Source of the DNA: Octopus vulgaris
Lineage: Eukaryota
NCBI GenBank assembly: GCA_951406725.2
Contig: OX597824.1
Span: 46,748,001-46,812,000 of the forward strand
DNA length: 64,000 nt
Direction of reading: 5' to 3'
This document shows, piece after piece, positions 11,757 to 61,957 of the stretch; the first letter of the stretch is position 1; each line of letters opens with the position of its first letter. The position numbers and the translations under genes were made by a program. Under the pieces are notes generated by a model, which did not search any database, was not told the DNA's origin, and was given only the letters and a program-made list of their open reading frames with translations.

Positions 11757-12592
11757 GGATGGTAAAAGTCTCATAAAATGTAGTGATATCCAACTGGTTT
11801 TTACTATTTGAATTAGCTTTTCAAGGAACATTGTGAAGTAATAATTCCTTGAGACAAGGAGTCATGCCATTTTGGATTTCTTGAGAAGTAAAAATGGACA
11901 GAGTGGATAGAGGCAGGCAACAGGTGGCAAGGGGGAGAACTACCTCCTTAGCATAATTGAATAATGGTCAATAAATTTGATTTACAATTAGCATAAGCTG
12001 TTAAATCTAGAATTCATATTTTAGTAAGTTAAGTATATGAGAGGTAATTTCTGCAGGAAATGTGAAAAAATAATAATAATTGCAATTTTGAATAATTGTG
12101 ATATAGAAAATTGAAATTGAAATAGAAATGTACAAAACGTCTCTTTCAGTTCATAATATATACTAGAGGTATGTTTATCTGTACATTTGTGTAGCTACTA
12201 TGAGAGAAACTCTAATATAGGCTTTTGGTGCAAAAGGCACTCTTGTTTATATCACTAGCAGGAATGTAAATCCCCAACATCAGCACCGAGACTGCTGGAG
12301 CTGTTGGAGATTTATTTCCCCCACTAACAATTCAAAACAAGTGTGCATTTTGCACCTTTAGCCTATTAGAGAGTTTCTCTCATGGTATCCACCTCACCAA
12401 AGTTTGTTCCAACAGAACATCCACATTTAAGTGGGAATAAATATTACCATTTAAATAAGGTTCAATTAAGAGTTATACCCTCTTGCTACCTATGGACCCA
12501 TCAAGACCAGTCTTAGACATCCCTACACTATTTCTGTGTGATGACTGAATAACAAGAAATCAATGAATCAATAAATCAAAGCATAAAATTAC

Positions 12593-34881
<22,289 letters not shown>

Positions 34882-35551
34882 TGTGTAAAGACTTTCTGCA
34901 ATGTTTATAGTTCTCTAATTCTCTTTAATGACTTCAGTTGAAATATCTGCAAATTGGAATATAGTCAAGAAATTATACCTTAGTTATATGAAGGTTACAC
35001 TGTCATTAAGGAATCCCAAATTAACTCGGAGATATATATTTGAATATTGTCTGGGTTTAATGCATCTTTCTCTGTTTATACTTCCTTATATGTATTTATA
35101 TACGAGAGAGACACACACAGAGATGTATATATTACTTACATATACTCCAGTCTTCATCTCCTAATGAAATGATTTCAAACCACACAGCTTGACTAAGTGA
35201 TAAGAAGCTTGCTTCCCAACTACATGGTTCCAGGTTCGGTTCTACTACATGTACCTTGCATAAGTATCGTTTACTATAGCCCTGGTCTTCCCAAAGCCTT
35301 GTGAGTTGATCCAAAGTTTTGTGAGTGGATTTGGTAGACAGAAACTGAAAGAAGCCTGTTGTATATTTGTGTGTGTTGTGTTTACATCCCAGTAACTTAG
35401 TGATTTAGCAAAAGAGTATGATAGAATAAGCATCAGGTTTAACAAAAGTAAGTACTGAGGGTTAATTCATTTGACTGGAAATTCTTCAAGGTGGTGCCCC
35501 AGCATGGCCACAGTCTAATAACTAAAACAAATAAAAGATATATATATATAT

Positions 35552-36270
35552 ATCATTATCATTTAGCACCTCCTTTCCATGCTGGCATGGGCTAGGTGGT
35601 TTGACTGGAACAGGTAAGCCAGGGAACTGTACCAGGTTCCAGTCTGATTTGGCTTAGCTTCTATGGCTGGATGCCCTTCCTAATGCCAACCACTCCAAGA
35701 GTGTAGTAGGTGCCTCCTACATGTCATTGGCACATGTACTTTTTATGTGTCACCATCACCATAACTAGCCATGATTATGATTTCACTTGGCTTGATGAGT
35801 CTTCTCAAGCACAGCAAATCGCAAAAGGTCTCAATCACCTGTTATCACCTGTGTAAGACCCAACATTCGAAGATCATGCTTCACCACCTTGTCCCATGTC
35901 TTCCTGGGTCTACCTCTTCCACAGGTACCCTCTGCAGTTAAAGATCAGCACTTCTTTATGCAACTGTCCCCGTCTATATACATCACATGACCATAACAGT
36001 ACAGTCTTCTCTCTTGTACATCACATCTGATGCCCCTTATGGCCAATTTTTCTTTCAAGATACTTACAACATACACTGACATTGCACATCCAGCGAGACA
36101 TACTAGCTTCATTTCTTTCAAGCCATCGCATGTCCTCTGCAGTCACAACCCATGTCTCACTGCTGTGTAGCATGGCTGTTTGCACACAGGTATCATACAA
36201 TCTGCCTTTTATTCTGAGGGATAAGCCCTTTGTTACTAACAAAGGTAGCTCTCTGAACTTTGCCCGGCCT

Positions 36271-36272
<2 letters not shown>
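35552..36272 (-). mobile_element. RTE LINE 3' fragment, same family as 1050-4024
   Basis: [38 protein letters not shown] closely matches ORF 2861..3496; followed by the GRGRPRKTW-coding stretch and 3' UTR. Confidence 0.9.
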
Positions 36273-36366
<94 letters not shown>

Positions 36367-36470
36367 TATTTATATATATTTATTCTTATATATATATATT
36401 AATATTGCTATTAGATGAAGGTTTTAGCTCTCATTTCTAGCAGGTAGATGTATGCATACATCCTTATGAT

Positions 36471-36529
<59 letters not shown>

Positions 36530-36962
36530 TGTATGTATGTATGTATACACACACACACATGTCCAAAACAAACAAGTTCTCAGTATAAATTTACTTATTT
36601 GGTTGCTAAGCCATTAAGGAATGTTATTGCACTACACCCAGACATTCTCTATCCCACCAACAGACACACCACACTCACTCGATCTAATGAATGTAGTTTA
36701 CATGCAGTTTCAGAAGTATAATCAACAGCATACCTGTAAATATACTATCAAAATAGTATAAATGAATATACAATATAAAACACCCATAACGAATATTAAT
36801 CTCAGAACACATAGAAATATATACGTATATGGAATACATATTTTATTTTATTCACTCTCAAACTTACCTTTGAGCACTTATTCTAAGTGGCCAGACATAG
36901 CTCCTGAACTTTTTACATCCTTGGAATATATAAATATATATGTACATATATATATATAAACA

Positions 36963-37240
36963 ATTGCAGCATGGAAGGTGTTTATAAGCCATTTAAGAAA
37001 CACACAAAAACCGTTAGATTCACTTCAACATCTAAATTTAATTTGTCAAAATATTTTCGTCGCTTTGAGACTGCGACCTGTTCACTGACAAAATTTCATG
37101 CTGCACGAAGTTTTGTCAGTGAACAGGTTGCAGTCTCAAAGTGACGAAAATATTTTGACAAATTAAATTTAAATGTTGAAGTGAATCTAACGGATTTTGT
37201 GTGTTTCTTAAATGGCTTATAAACATCTTCCACTCTGCAA
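36963..37240. repeat. Near-perfect palindrome (~138 bp arms), each arm carrying a hammerhead-like motif
   Basis: 36963-37101 is the reverse complement of 37103-37240 with few mismatches, several at CpG sites. Confidence 0.92.
37112..37162 (+). ncRNA. Minimal type-I hammerhead ribozyme, G3-C8 core variant (second copy at 37042-37092, minus strand)
   Basis: tttgtca-GTGAACA-g-gt(c/t)gc-agtctcaaa-g(c/t)gac-GAAA-ATAT-TT-tgacaaa: 7-bp stem I, 5-bp stem II, palindromic stem III. Confidence 0.55.
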
Positions 37241-37836
37241 CTATTTTTGTTCCAGCACACGATCTCAAATCAAGTCACTCGCTATGCAAGTACATATATA
37301 TATATATATAATATATCTGGCTTCACAGACCCCAGTAGAACCGTCCAACCCATGCTAGCATGGAAAACGGACGCTAAACGACGATGATGATGATGATGAT
37401 ATTATGTATATGTATATATATATATATACACACACATATATTTATATTTATATATATATATACGCACACACACACACATATATATATATATACATATATT
37501 CATACTCATGCAAGTACATATATATATATATATATATTATGTATATGTATATATATATATATACACACACATATATTTATATTTATATATATATACGCAC
37601 ACACACATATATATAAATATACATATATTCATACTCATACAAACATACATGCACAATGATCAAATTGATCAAATTCACTGATGGGGCTTTGGTTGGCCCA
37701 GGGCTATAGAAGAAGACACTTGACCAACGTGCTGTACATATAGTGGATAGAACTCAAAATCATGTAAACATTCAAACATATCAATGTATCTGTTTATCAC
37801 ACACACACATACACAGACAGACAGACAGACAGATAA

Positions 37837-37921
<85 letters not shown>

Positions 37922-38425
37922 TAGATAATGTACATATATATGTACAACATAAATACTTATACATACAGCATACACACTTAAATATATATAAACATCTATG
38001 TGGTGCGAAATTTGCTACCCAACTACATGGTTTCAGATTCAGTCCTACAGAGTGGCACTTTAGGGAAGTATCTTCTATATTGCCCCAGGATGATCAAAAC
38101 CTTGGAAGTGAATTTGGTTGACAGAAACTGAAAGCAGTTTGTTGTATCATTGTCATCCTCACCATCATCAAAAGGAAAAAGATAACATCATATGTTATGT
38201 TTTATTTTTTGCCTGCTTCAGTCATTAGTCTGTGGCCGTGTTGGGTACTGCTTTGAAGAATATTAGTTGAACATATTGCCTCCAGTACTTATTTTTTAAA
38301 GCTTGGTACTTATTCTATTGGTCTCTTTTGCCTAACCACTAAGTTATGGGGGACATAAACACACCAGGACTGATTTTCAGGTGGTGCAGTGGATATGGCG
38401 AACACAGACACAAAGCCACATATTG

Positions 38426-38456
<31 letters not shown>

Positions 38457-39288
38457 CCTCTCTCTCTCTCGGAGAGGCACAAGCACCTACACACACAGCA
38501 GTAACTTCTACCCATCAAATTCAATCACAAAGCTTTGCTCAGCCCGGAGCTATATATATATATATATATATGTATATATGACAGGCTTCTTTCAGTTTCT
38601 GTCTACCAAATCCACTCACAAAGCTTTGGTCAGCCCGAGGCTATAGCACTAGCCCAAGGTGCCATGCAGTGAGACTGAACCTCAAACCATGTGGTTGGGA
38701 AACAAGTTTCTTACCACACAGCCATGCCTGCCCCTATATACATATAAAACTAATCAACAATTGAAATGAATATTCGTGTTTTCCATCTGAGTTATTGAAT
38801 CAAGCATAGCCAAGGCCAAATACAGACTAATTTTGATAGAATTATTGGGCTTTGTAGTCTTTGCCAAAATATTTTTCTGCTGGTGCTACCTGCAGCTGTA
38901 ATTGCCAACAATATTCTCAAATTAACACACTCATTTGACTCATAAGGTCAGTTTTTCAGATTCCGTTGTGTATATATTCACCCTTGTACAGGTTGCCAAC
39001 CTGTCATATTTGTCAGCTGAGTGGACTGGAGCAACATGAAATGAAGTGGTTTGCTTAAGAAACACATCACCTGGTCCCAGTCCAGAAATTGAAACCACAA
39101 TCTTGCCATCATGTGTTCCAACACTCTAACCACTAAACCACATGCCATGTGCCGCAATCATTTGGAAATATCTCAAAAGAATTTTATTGTTAGTAATGGC
39201 TAAAATCTGTCTAATTTTTATGAGACTCCTTGTATTTGTAGTATTATATCAAAAGGTCCAACTTAGTTTTGCACCCTACACCATTGTC

Positions 39289-39319
<31 letters not shown>

Positions 39320-39354
39320 AATTATTGTATACAGTGCTCAGGTGCACCACAACA

Positions 39355-39608
39355 AATAAATAAATGCACCCTTTTAAAGCCTAGCCAGGCTCATGGGTCC
39401 GGTTTCCCGGTTTCAATGGCGTATGTATTCCTCAGCTGGATGGGACGCCAGTCCATCACAGCGTTACTTATTTTTGCCAGCTGAGTGGACTGGAGCAATG
39501 TGAAATGAAGTGTTTTGCCCAAGAACACAACACGTTGCCTGGTCCAGGAATCGAAACCACAATCTTACAATCATGATGCTGACACCCTAACCACTAAGCC
39601 ACGCGCTT
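39355..39608 (-). mobile_element. tRNA-derived SINE with CCACAACA target duplication; related copies at ~57160-57385 and 39005-39145
   Basis: Minus-strand head gcgcgtggcttagtggttagggtgtcagc...ggtttcgattcc; CCACAACA on both sides. Confidence 0.7.
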
Positions 39609-40848
39609 CCACAACATAATGTAACTCTTCAGTATAATTGGTCCATTCAGTAAAAAAATTTGATTGAAGATAATTCTTGTGGCATTCCCTATAGTGTTTC
39701 GAGGAATTAATAGCTGGTCCATTAAATATATTTGAATTGATAGATTCTGGATACTGGAAATAAATCAGTGGTATTTTAAAGGGATCAAATTGTTGCCTAT
39801 TTAATTGCAGTTGATAGAGCTGTAAATAATTTTATTGTTGTTGATATTGTATGTATGTATCTCTGTACATTCATAGATACATGTACATGCTGAAGCATGG
39901 AACAAACTGCCGGCATCAGTTGTTAGTTGTTGGAGTACTGCATCCTTCAAAACTTCCATGCTTCCTGAGATTCGCCAACACTACACCTGATTTTCTCCTC
40001 ACCATACACATGCAGGCATGTATCTGACTCATACACTGTTCAATTTCCAGACATTTGTATATTACTGCATATTCTTTATACGCACTTTTGACAAGTTGTG
40101 GTGCAATAATTACAATAATTTCATTAGTATTGTTATTATTCATACAATGTACACATACACATATAAATACATAGATGTATGTGTGTGTGTGTGTAGAAAC
40201 AAAGTACACCGCTTTTGCTGAAAATAAAGATTCGTATAGTGAAAAATTCCCATTTTTAATAAATGATCTGTTACCTTTTTTTCCTTTTGAACACTTAAAT
40301 AATGCAAAAATAGTTATTCAAATTATTCAAGTATGTATATCAACATGTGTTGTTGACTTTGACTTGTTTTTTGTCAGCAGTTTTTTAAGTTATTTTAGTT
40401 CCCAAACTAATAACGAAATTGTCAATTTAGGCATTAAAAAAATTTAAGGGCATTAGAAACAACACGTTCCATTAGGTGTCGTTTCCTTGTGTAGTGTGCG
40501 TGTGTGTGTAAATATACTCTCGCACACACAGACACGCAAATGTATATGTAGCTATGTGTGGTGTGTGCATGTGTGTATATATGTGTGCGCGTGTGTGTGT
40601 GGGTCTTATCAACACAACTAAAACAAAACCTCATTCAACGCTCCTGTTTACGTATTATAAATACCTTCTATCCAGCAGTGGACAATCAGTATAAGCGAAG
40701 GAAAAATCACAGCAACTACAAGATTCGATCTATTGTGCAAATATTTAGTTTCAATGGAAAGAATAACTATTTTACTTGGAACGAATCAATCTGTTTCGCA
40801 AGAAGTATTTTGATGAAAAAACAGCGCAAGGGAAATAACTGTTGTTCA

Positions 40849-40862
40849 GTCGCTATAGCAAC
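40849..40862. promoter_or_regulatory. RFX X-box GTCGCTATAGCAAC, probable promoter element of the CFAP92-like gene
   Basis: Matches the palindromic RFX consensus GTNRCY-AT-RGYAAC. Lies in repeat-free, CpG-retaining sequence about 6 kb upstream of the ATG. A minus-strand donor-like site AG|GTATTT lies at ~40664. Confidence 0.65.
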
Positions 40863-41020
40863 AACGACGCCATTGAAGGTCATTAAGACTTTTATCGCTG
40901 GCTATGTGCTAATAAGATCGATCTGTTTGTTCGTTTTGTCAAGCCCTTAATTAATTAATTCATTCATATACTTATTTTTATTTGTTTGCCAGATTTTCGC
41001 ACACCGTTGAGATTGACGGT

Positions 41021-41362
41021 ATGGGATTCTCAACCATTTTTTGTCTCTAGACCCCTTTGATTATTATTTTATAGTGGTGGACCCCAATAGCCATTCGATG
41101 TTAAAAAACTAGTTTTAAAGAAGCTTCTTTCAAAATTCCTATTTTGTTTTTTTTACACATTAACGTGTGTAGGTTGAACTATGTAAAATAATAGTAAAAG
41201 AACCCAGATATTTCATGCAATATATACGAATACATATATCTAAAGCAATTTTTTTTACCCTTAAAATACTACTGTTAACCCAATTTACTATTTTGCCGCG
41301 TGGACCTCCAAAAATCTTATATGGACCCTCAAGGGTCATCTGGACTACGGTTGAGAACCACC
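41021..41362. mobile_element. Degenerate hAT-type MITE
   Basis: Ends ggattctcaacc ... ggttgagaacca resemble cagtggttctcaac-type terminal inverted repeats. Confidence 0.5.
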
Positions 41363-41717
41363 AACTGTAAGCGAAACCCCGCTCAAAATGTAATAAGTCG
41401 ACGCACAGGATAGGCACGAGTTACGGATGCAAAGAGTTCTCGAAGACCCAACGTTCTGGTGGAGGAAGGACAAAACGAGTCGTTTTTCTGGGTTCTAGGG
41501 AGGGATTGGATGCGATATGAATGATCACAGAAGAAGGGAGACATCCGTACCTTTCTCACTCGTTCTTTCTTTCGGTTCTCATTTTTCGTTTAGTAACTCT
41601 GTAATTAAGGGTTGGCACGACCACAAGAATACAAGATAATGTCATTAAAATTGCATGCGTGCGCACACACACACATACATGCATGTAGGCATGTATGTAT
41701 AAATGTAGGTATGAAGC

Positions 41718-41754
<37 letters not shown>

Positions 41755-41799
41755 AAGGGATGCACTTCCATACTTGGTAGTTAAAAATGTTGCCGAAGG

Positions 41800-43860
41800 G
41801 ATATGACTCGATATTCAAAGGCATTTCAGATTGATATTAAGCCTCTGCTACCTTGTTTTCGTTTTAGGTAGAGGTGGTCTACGTCATTGTTTATGTGGAA
41901 ATTGTGTGCTTGTTAGTATTTTTCGGACTTTCCCATCAATGGCTCGGATCTCATCAAGCTTCCAATGAAAGCATCCCAAATGTTGGTATGAGTACTGGCA
42001 CTGCAAACACATTGTGAGCCACTGTTTTATTGAATGCAGAGAGTTCTGAGGTCCAAATTTTCTTTAATCTTCTGTAATATTCTTTAGTGACACATGTTTT
42101 GTTACAGGAGGCATTGTAAGATATATTTTCATCCACTCCTAGATACCTGTAACATTCCTCGTCAGATACAAGGGAAACAGTAAAATTATTGATGGAGATG
42201 TTACTAGTCTGGTTTATAGTTTTTTCCCCCTTTTCACAACCATATAACAACATTTATCCCAACCAAACTCCAACCCTACATCCTTTGAGAATGTTGTAAC
42301 CAGGTCAAGGCTCTTTTTCATTTAATGCATAGTCTTTGCATGAAGTTTTAAGTCATCCACAAAGAAACAGTGTGTAATGTTTGTATTTCTGTTTCCTTGT
42401 GAACCAGTGAGATATCCTTCAGACTTCCTTTACGTGAATGACAAGGGATTTACAGAAAGTATAAATAACATCACAGGGATGTTGTCTCCTTGGAATATAC
42501 ATTTGCGATGCTGTATTCTATCAGTGATAATACAATCACTCTTTGTGTTTAATTTCAAGATGGTGGCCCACGATGAAGTCAGGTCAGCTATTGCTTTGAC
42601 GATGCTCACTGGAACTTTAGCAAGCTGACGGGCTTCTAGCATCCATGAGTGGGGAATAGAATCAAAGGCTTTCTTGTAGTCTAGCCACATTGAAAATAGG
42701 TTCCTCCTATGCTCTCCCACTTCCGACATCACAGTTTTGTTGATTAGCAATTGCTTGGTACATCCGCAGACTTCCTTCTTCCAAGCTGCTTGTTCTGCTG
42801 TGATAATGTTATCGGTTTTACAATGGTCCTGGAGGAAGAGGTTTAAACATGTTGTATATATCTTATACATTAAGTTCTGGCATGCAACTAGCCGGTGGCT
42901 TTTTGCCATGTGGATGGTTCTGCATTTGGGGATCAGTTTTGTCTCTGCCAGAGTTAACCAATGTGGTATGCTCTGTTCCCGATGAGATCTTGGTGGTACA
43001 TATTGATAAGATATGGTCCGTAGAATGTTAGCTTCTTGTACCAATATTCAACAATCAAGTCTCTTCCAGGTGCTTTTCCATCCTGGAGTTTCTGGGTCAC
43101 AGTTGCAAGAGTTGCACCATCAATGTTGTATGTCTTAGATGTAACGCAGGAGCAATAACTTCAGATTTCTTCCAGCCACAGAGCATCTTGGTTAAACTCC
43201 CTCGCTTCACTCCAGATTTTCCTTTAGAAGGAGTCTATGTTTTCTCAAGAAGGTGCTTCCGTGATGTTTACTGCTCCTCCTCTCATGTTTCTGTATTCTA
43301 CTGCCTGGTTGCGGTTGAAGTTTTTGTTTATTTTTCTTCTCTCGGTTATTCTCTTCTGATGTCGGAGTCTTTTCACGGATATCTTTCAGCTCCTGCTTAG
43401 GGGTAATCAATTTGCAAGTGAATGTCCTCTTTTTGTGGTTTCCAAACATCATTTCTATCTCCTTTACTTTCTGATGGTGGGATGTATAGTGATTTGCTTG
43501 TTTGCACTCAATAAGCATCATTACATGACTGATGGTCTTCCGTAAACCAGCTATCATTTTTCTCTGTCTTCAAAACCCATGATGGTACTTTGTTTGTTGT
43601 TTCGGATTTGTTTACTTTTTGAAAGTCATTCATATACTGTTTTACAGCAGTAGCCAGTGAATATAGACAGGCGTTAATCTGCCACTATGTGGGTTCATCA
43701 GTGTTGTAAATTCTCATTACCAATTTCGTTAACAGCTTTTAATACCGTATCTGGTGGTTTTTTACTTACTTTGGTAGAGGATACTCTCTCCTCGAGAGAG
43801 TACTTCAAAGCCAAAGTTATTTTTTCTCGGAAAATTTCAGTAGGCACATTTCACCGGCGT
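41800..43860 (-). mobile_element. Degenerate R4/Dong-like non-LTR retrotransposon (frameshifted RT)
   Basis: WLDYKKAFDSIPHSW, IFQGD, FFVDDLKL (~42345-42368), YRYLGVDEN and WTSELSAFNKTVAHNVFAVPVL motifs; adjacent (ACT)n tract at 43870-43933. Confidence 0.85.
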
Positions 43861-43869
43861 ATAATCCCA

Positions 43870-43933
<64 letters not shown>

Positions 43934-46520
43934 TATTAATCGTTGCGGATGTGCTTGCTATTTAGCATAGTCGTAGTAGGGGAACAGTGGTCAGTTACTT
44001 GAGCCAGTAATTTAGTTTGGCTGGCAGGCACTATGGAATCTGTTGGAATGTTGCTAGCTGGTCCTATATCATTCACGTTTTCGTTTTTCTTTATAGAGTT
44101 GGGAAGAAGGTTAATTTTCGATATTTTAATAAAGTTACAGTTACTAACCTTCTTGCTATGTTCTGCAAATGTTGCTTGTTGGTGTAGTAAAATAATTTAA
44201 TTCTGGATGCAGATCGTCCCATTATGATTTCACTCGAATCATATAACAAACAGTATGTATGTATGTATGTATGTATGTATGTATGTATGTATGTATGTAT
44301 GTATGTATGTATGTATGTATGTATGTATGTATTTATGTATGTATGTATGTATGTATGTATGTATGTATGTATGTATGTATGTATGTATGTATGTGTAGCG
44401 GAATGTGATGATGTGGGGTGTAGCAGATGATGCTAGGCGTGTTGAACCGGCATCCATGGGGAACAACGAAAAAAGAATAGGATCGTAGTTTACATTATTT
44501 ATTTGGTCACAGTTGCATTCACTTTGTTGGATACTTGAAACAAATATGCCGCTACATAATGTATCCAACTACTTCGAGTCGGCGAAGCAAAAACCGGAGG
44601 AAAGAGAATGTTAATGGGACGAGACAGTACAAAAACATATTTTGAGTCTGTGTGTGCATTCGTCATTTGGATCGACTGTGTTGTTTCTCTATCTTGTCTG
44701 TTCTGTGGTTTGCAAATGCTAACTCTTGCGTGTCACTCTGCTCACAGGGTTCACCATCTCATCACGGTGTTGACTGTTGGTTCCTTGCTGGCTAACCCCT
44801 GTGTGTCTACGGAACTTGTATTTATAATGGCCCATTCTAATTAGAAAGATGGACATACCATTATAAGATTGGCTTGTACCTATTTAAGTCACTTGTCCAT
44901 CTGAATTTCTGTGACACCACCACTCATCCATCACTTTTGACAGGACAAAGAAAATTTTTCCCGTCTGGTCAGCTAATGGCAAGCGAGAATTCTTACATTC
45001 GGTTTCGAATCTCAGCCCGGCAAATAAACTGTAGTAATGTAGTTTCCATGTATATATAAATGGATAGATGTCTAAAACTTTTGAGGTCGTTCGCAGCGAG
45101 TCTGACGAGCTCAGTTGAGATAGCGTTAAAATAAAGATTAAAAGGATTTGGTTTAATTTTGCAATTTCGTCATGAAGATCTTGCTTTGTTCTCGAAACTA
45201 TTCGTAATGAAAATTTCTACAGTTTGACTTGTTTAGTTAAGAGGCTAACAGAAAAAGGTGGTTTCGGTTGCATATATACAAATCAACACATAATTATCAT
45301 TATAAGATTCTCTTCCATCGACACAGTTCTCCTTTCCTTATCTTTGTATCTGACTATCTTCGTTCCTAGTCTCTCTCCCTTTCCGACAGTTGTCTGTCTT
45401 ATCTTTCCAATCTCTGTGTGACCATTTGTATCTCTTTTGTCCACTCTTTTCAGTCTTACCGGTTAACCGTTGTTTTATGTTTCCTTTTCTTTTCGCTTCC
45501 TCTCTGTCTGTCTGTCCGTCTCCCCCCTCTCTCTCTCTCTCTCACACTCACTCTCTCTCTCACTTTCTTTCTTTCTCTCTCATATACATAGTTTGTTGTT
45601 CCACGCAACTTCCTCCCCTCATTTTCTTTCATTCATTTTTATCTCATTCTCTTCCTTCTTTAATTCTCTTCTCTCTCTTTCACACTATTTTCACTTTTCT
45701 CTCGCATTATTTTTCACATTCCTTGATTTAACCCCACCACCTCGCTCTTCTGCACTCTCTTTTCATTTAGATTACTCCCCCTTTCGCTACTTCTCTCATA
45801 TTTCTGGGCACCTTTTCCGCTATTCTTTCACTTTTCTTTTACTCCCTTCCGTTTTCTTTTTTCTTCATTTAACATATTCAAATATTTCCTTGGTTTCTTG
45901 ATTCCTTTTCACATATACTAAACAGAAGTCGAAGACTTAAACAAAAAAGTTGACAATTTGTTTCGTTTTTGCTGTTTCAAACGTATTAGCTACATAAAAG
46001 ATGTGAAATAACAACAACCAAAAATCTGATAAAACTTCGAAAGAAAAAAGAAAAACAAAAAGTCAATATGTAGAGTTGCAGTGTTGATATATTTAAAACA
46101 TTTAAGTGTAGATATGTTAACAATATATCATCATAGCGACCTAAAATTTATTGTTAGTTCGCAGTTATGTTCTGAAATATATTACAATATGATATCTTAC
46201 ATTTGCACAAAGCCACAATTTTGTAAGTTGATTGAAATGGGCTTGGTATTTTACTGTTACTTCTTTTTAAGCCCTAGAGAGATGAAAGGTTAGGTCGAAT
46301 CCGACAGAAATAAAACAATGCAGTGGTTATTATTCATCAAACTTAATCCAACCAATTACAATACATTAAAATAAATCATATATATATATATATATATATC
46401 TTTGAATTTTAATTGGGAAAATGAAAGAATTTAAGGTTTAATAGTCTTTTTGTATGTGTTTGGTTTCTAAACATATACAATGTGCTATATAGTCTCATGT
46501 ATGGCATTTTAAGAAAAATC

Positions 46521-60366
<13,846 letters not shown>

Positions 60367-61103
60367 GTTACCGGGTTATGAAAACTGGCAAATAATTGAC
60401 TATATAATTTTGAAGTGGATAGCTTTCTGGCAATTAGCTTCAAATTCTTGCTAAAGTTTGGTTCTTACGTTTAGGAGGATTAGCATAGAATACGAAAGTT
60501 GCTAGGCAAAACTTGTTATTTAAAGGCAAACGCCTACATCTTATCCACCCTGTAGAACATGTTTTGTGTTACGACGCGACAATGTAAAGAAAAAGAAAAG
60601 AAGAAAAAAGACATGGAAAAGAAATCAAGACTGAATTAATTCACAGAAACAGAAACAAAGAAAATAAGAAGGTGAAAAGAAAAATAAGGAAAGAAAGAAA
60701 GAAAGAAAAATATCTGAGAGGCGACGAAAAGAACTAAAGAATTGCTCGCTCGATATGCAAATGAAGTGGCTTAACGTTTAAAAAGGCAAGGCGCAAAGGT
60801 GTACAGTATCAACAAGGGCGGGCAAAGATAGCACTTAGGAACTCATTACGAAGATGATGAGCAAACAAGAGCGACTGGGTAGAGTCAATTGGACGAAGTT
60901 TCTAAGGCGTTTTGAGATCATGTATACTTTATGTTTATTTACATATCGTGTCCTGCATGACTCTTTGATAAACACTGCAAATATTATTTGAACACATCTA
61001 CTTGTAAACAGAAACACTTCATACATACATACATACATACATACATACATACATACATACATACATACATACATACATGTCTCTCTCTCACTCATTCTTT
61101 CTC

Positions 61104-61233
<130 letters not shown>

Positions 61234-61256
61234 TACAGATAGATAGATATAGATAA

Positions 61257-61293
<37 letters not shown>

Positions 61294-61330
61294 TAGATAG
61301 ATAGATATATAGATAGACAGACAGACAGAC

Positions 61331-61401
<71 letters not shown>

Positions 61402-61807
61402 AAGATAGAGAGATAGATACCTACATATATACACACATACTTATACTTTTATAGATGCGCACGTACACACACACACACAACGTATTAACATTAGGGTGGT
61501 TGGGTGACCATTAATATTTACCGATGGAAAAAAGGCTCCTCAAATTTTGAAACCAGATACACAGATACATACATACATACATACATACATACATACATAC
61601 ATTCATACATACATACATACATACATACATACATACATACATACATTCATACATACACACAAACACATAAGCATATACATAAATATTTTGATACATATTC
61701 ACATATATTTATATATGTATCTATAAACATATTTAAATGCATATAATGCAAGGCAGTACTCCAGCATGGCCGCAGTCAAATGACTGAAACAAATAAAAGA
61801 ATATATT

Positions 61808-61857
<50 letters not shown>

Positions 61858-61957
61858 TAATCCAAACATGAAAACAAAAATACAAAAAAACAACAACGCA
61901 AGGATGTGGAACAAATAAAGTATTATTGGACGCCCAGGAAAGAAGGGAAGGAGGAGG

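Noticed and set aside
36595-36733. Possible upstream exon of the CFAP92-like gene (acceptor TTTACAG, donor-like GTGAGT)
   Set aside because: It cannot be joined in frame to the 34881 ORF through the 34946 acceptor because of an in-frame TAG. It could be a 5' UTR exon, but nothing supports that.
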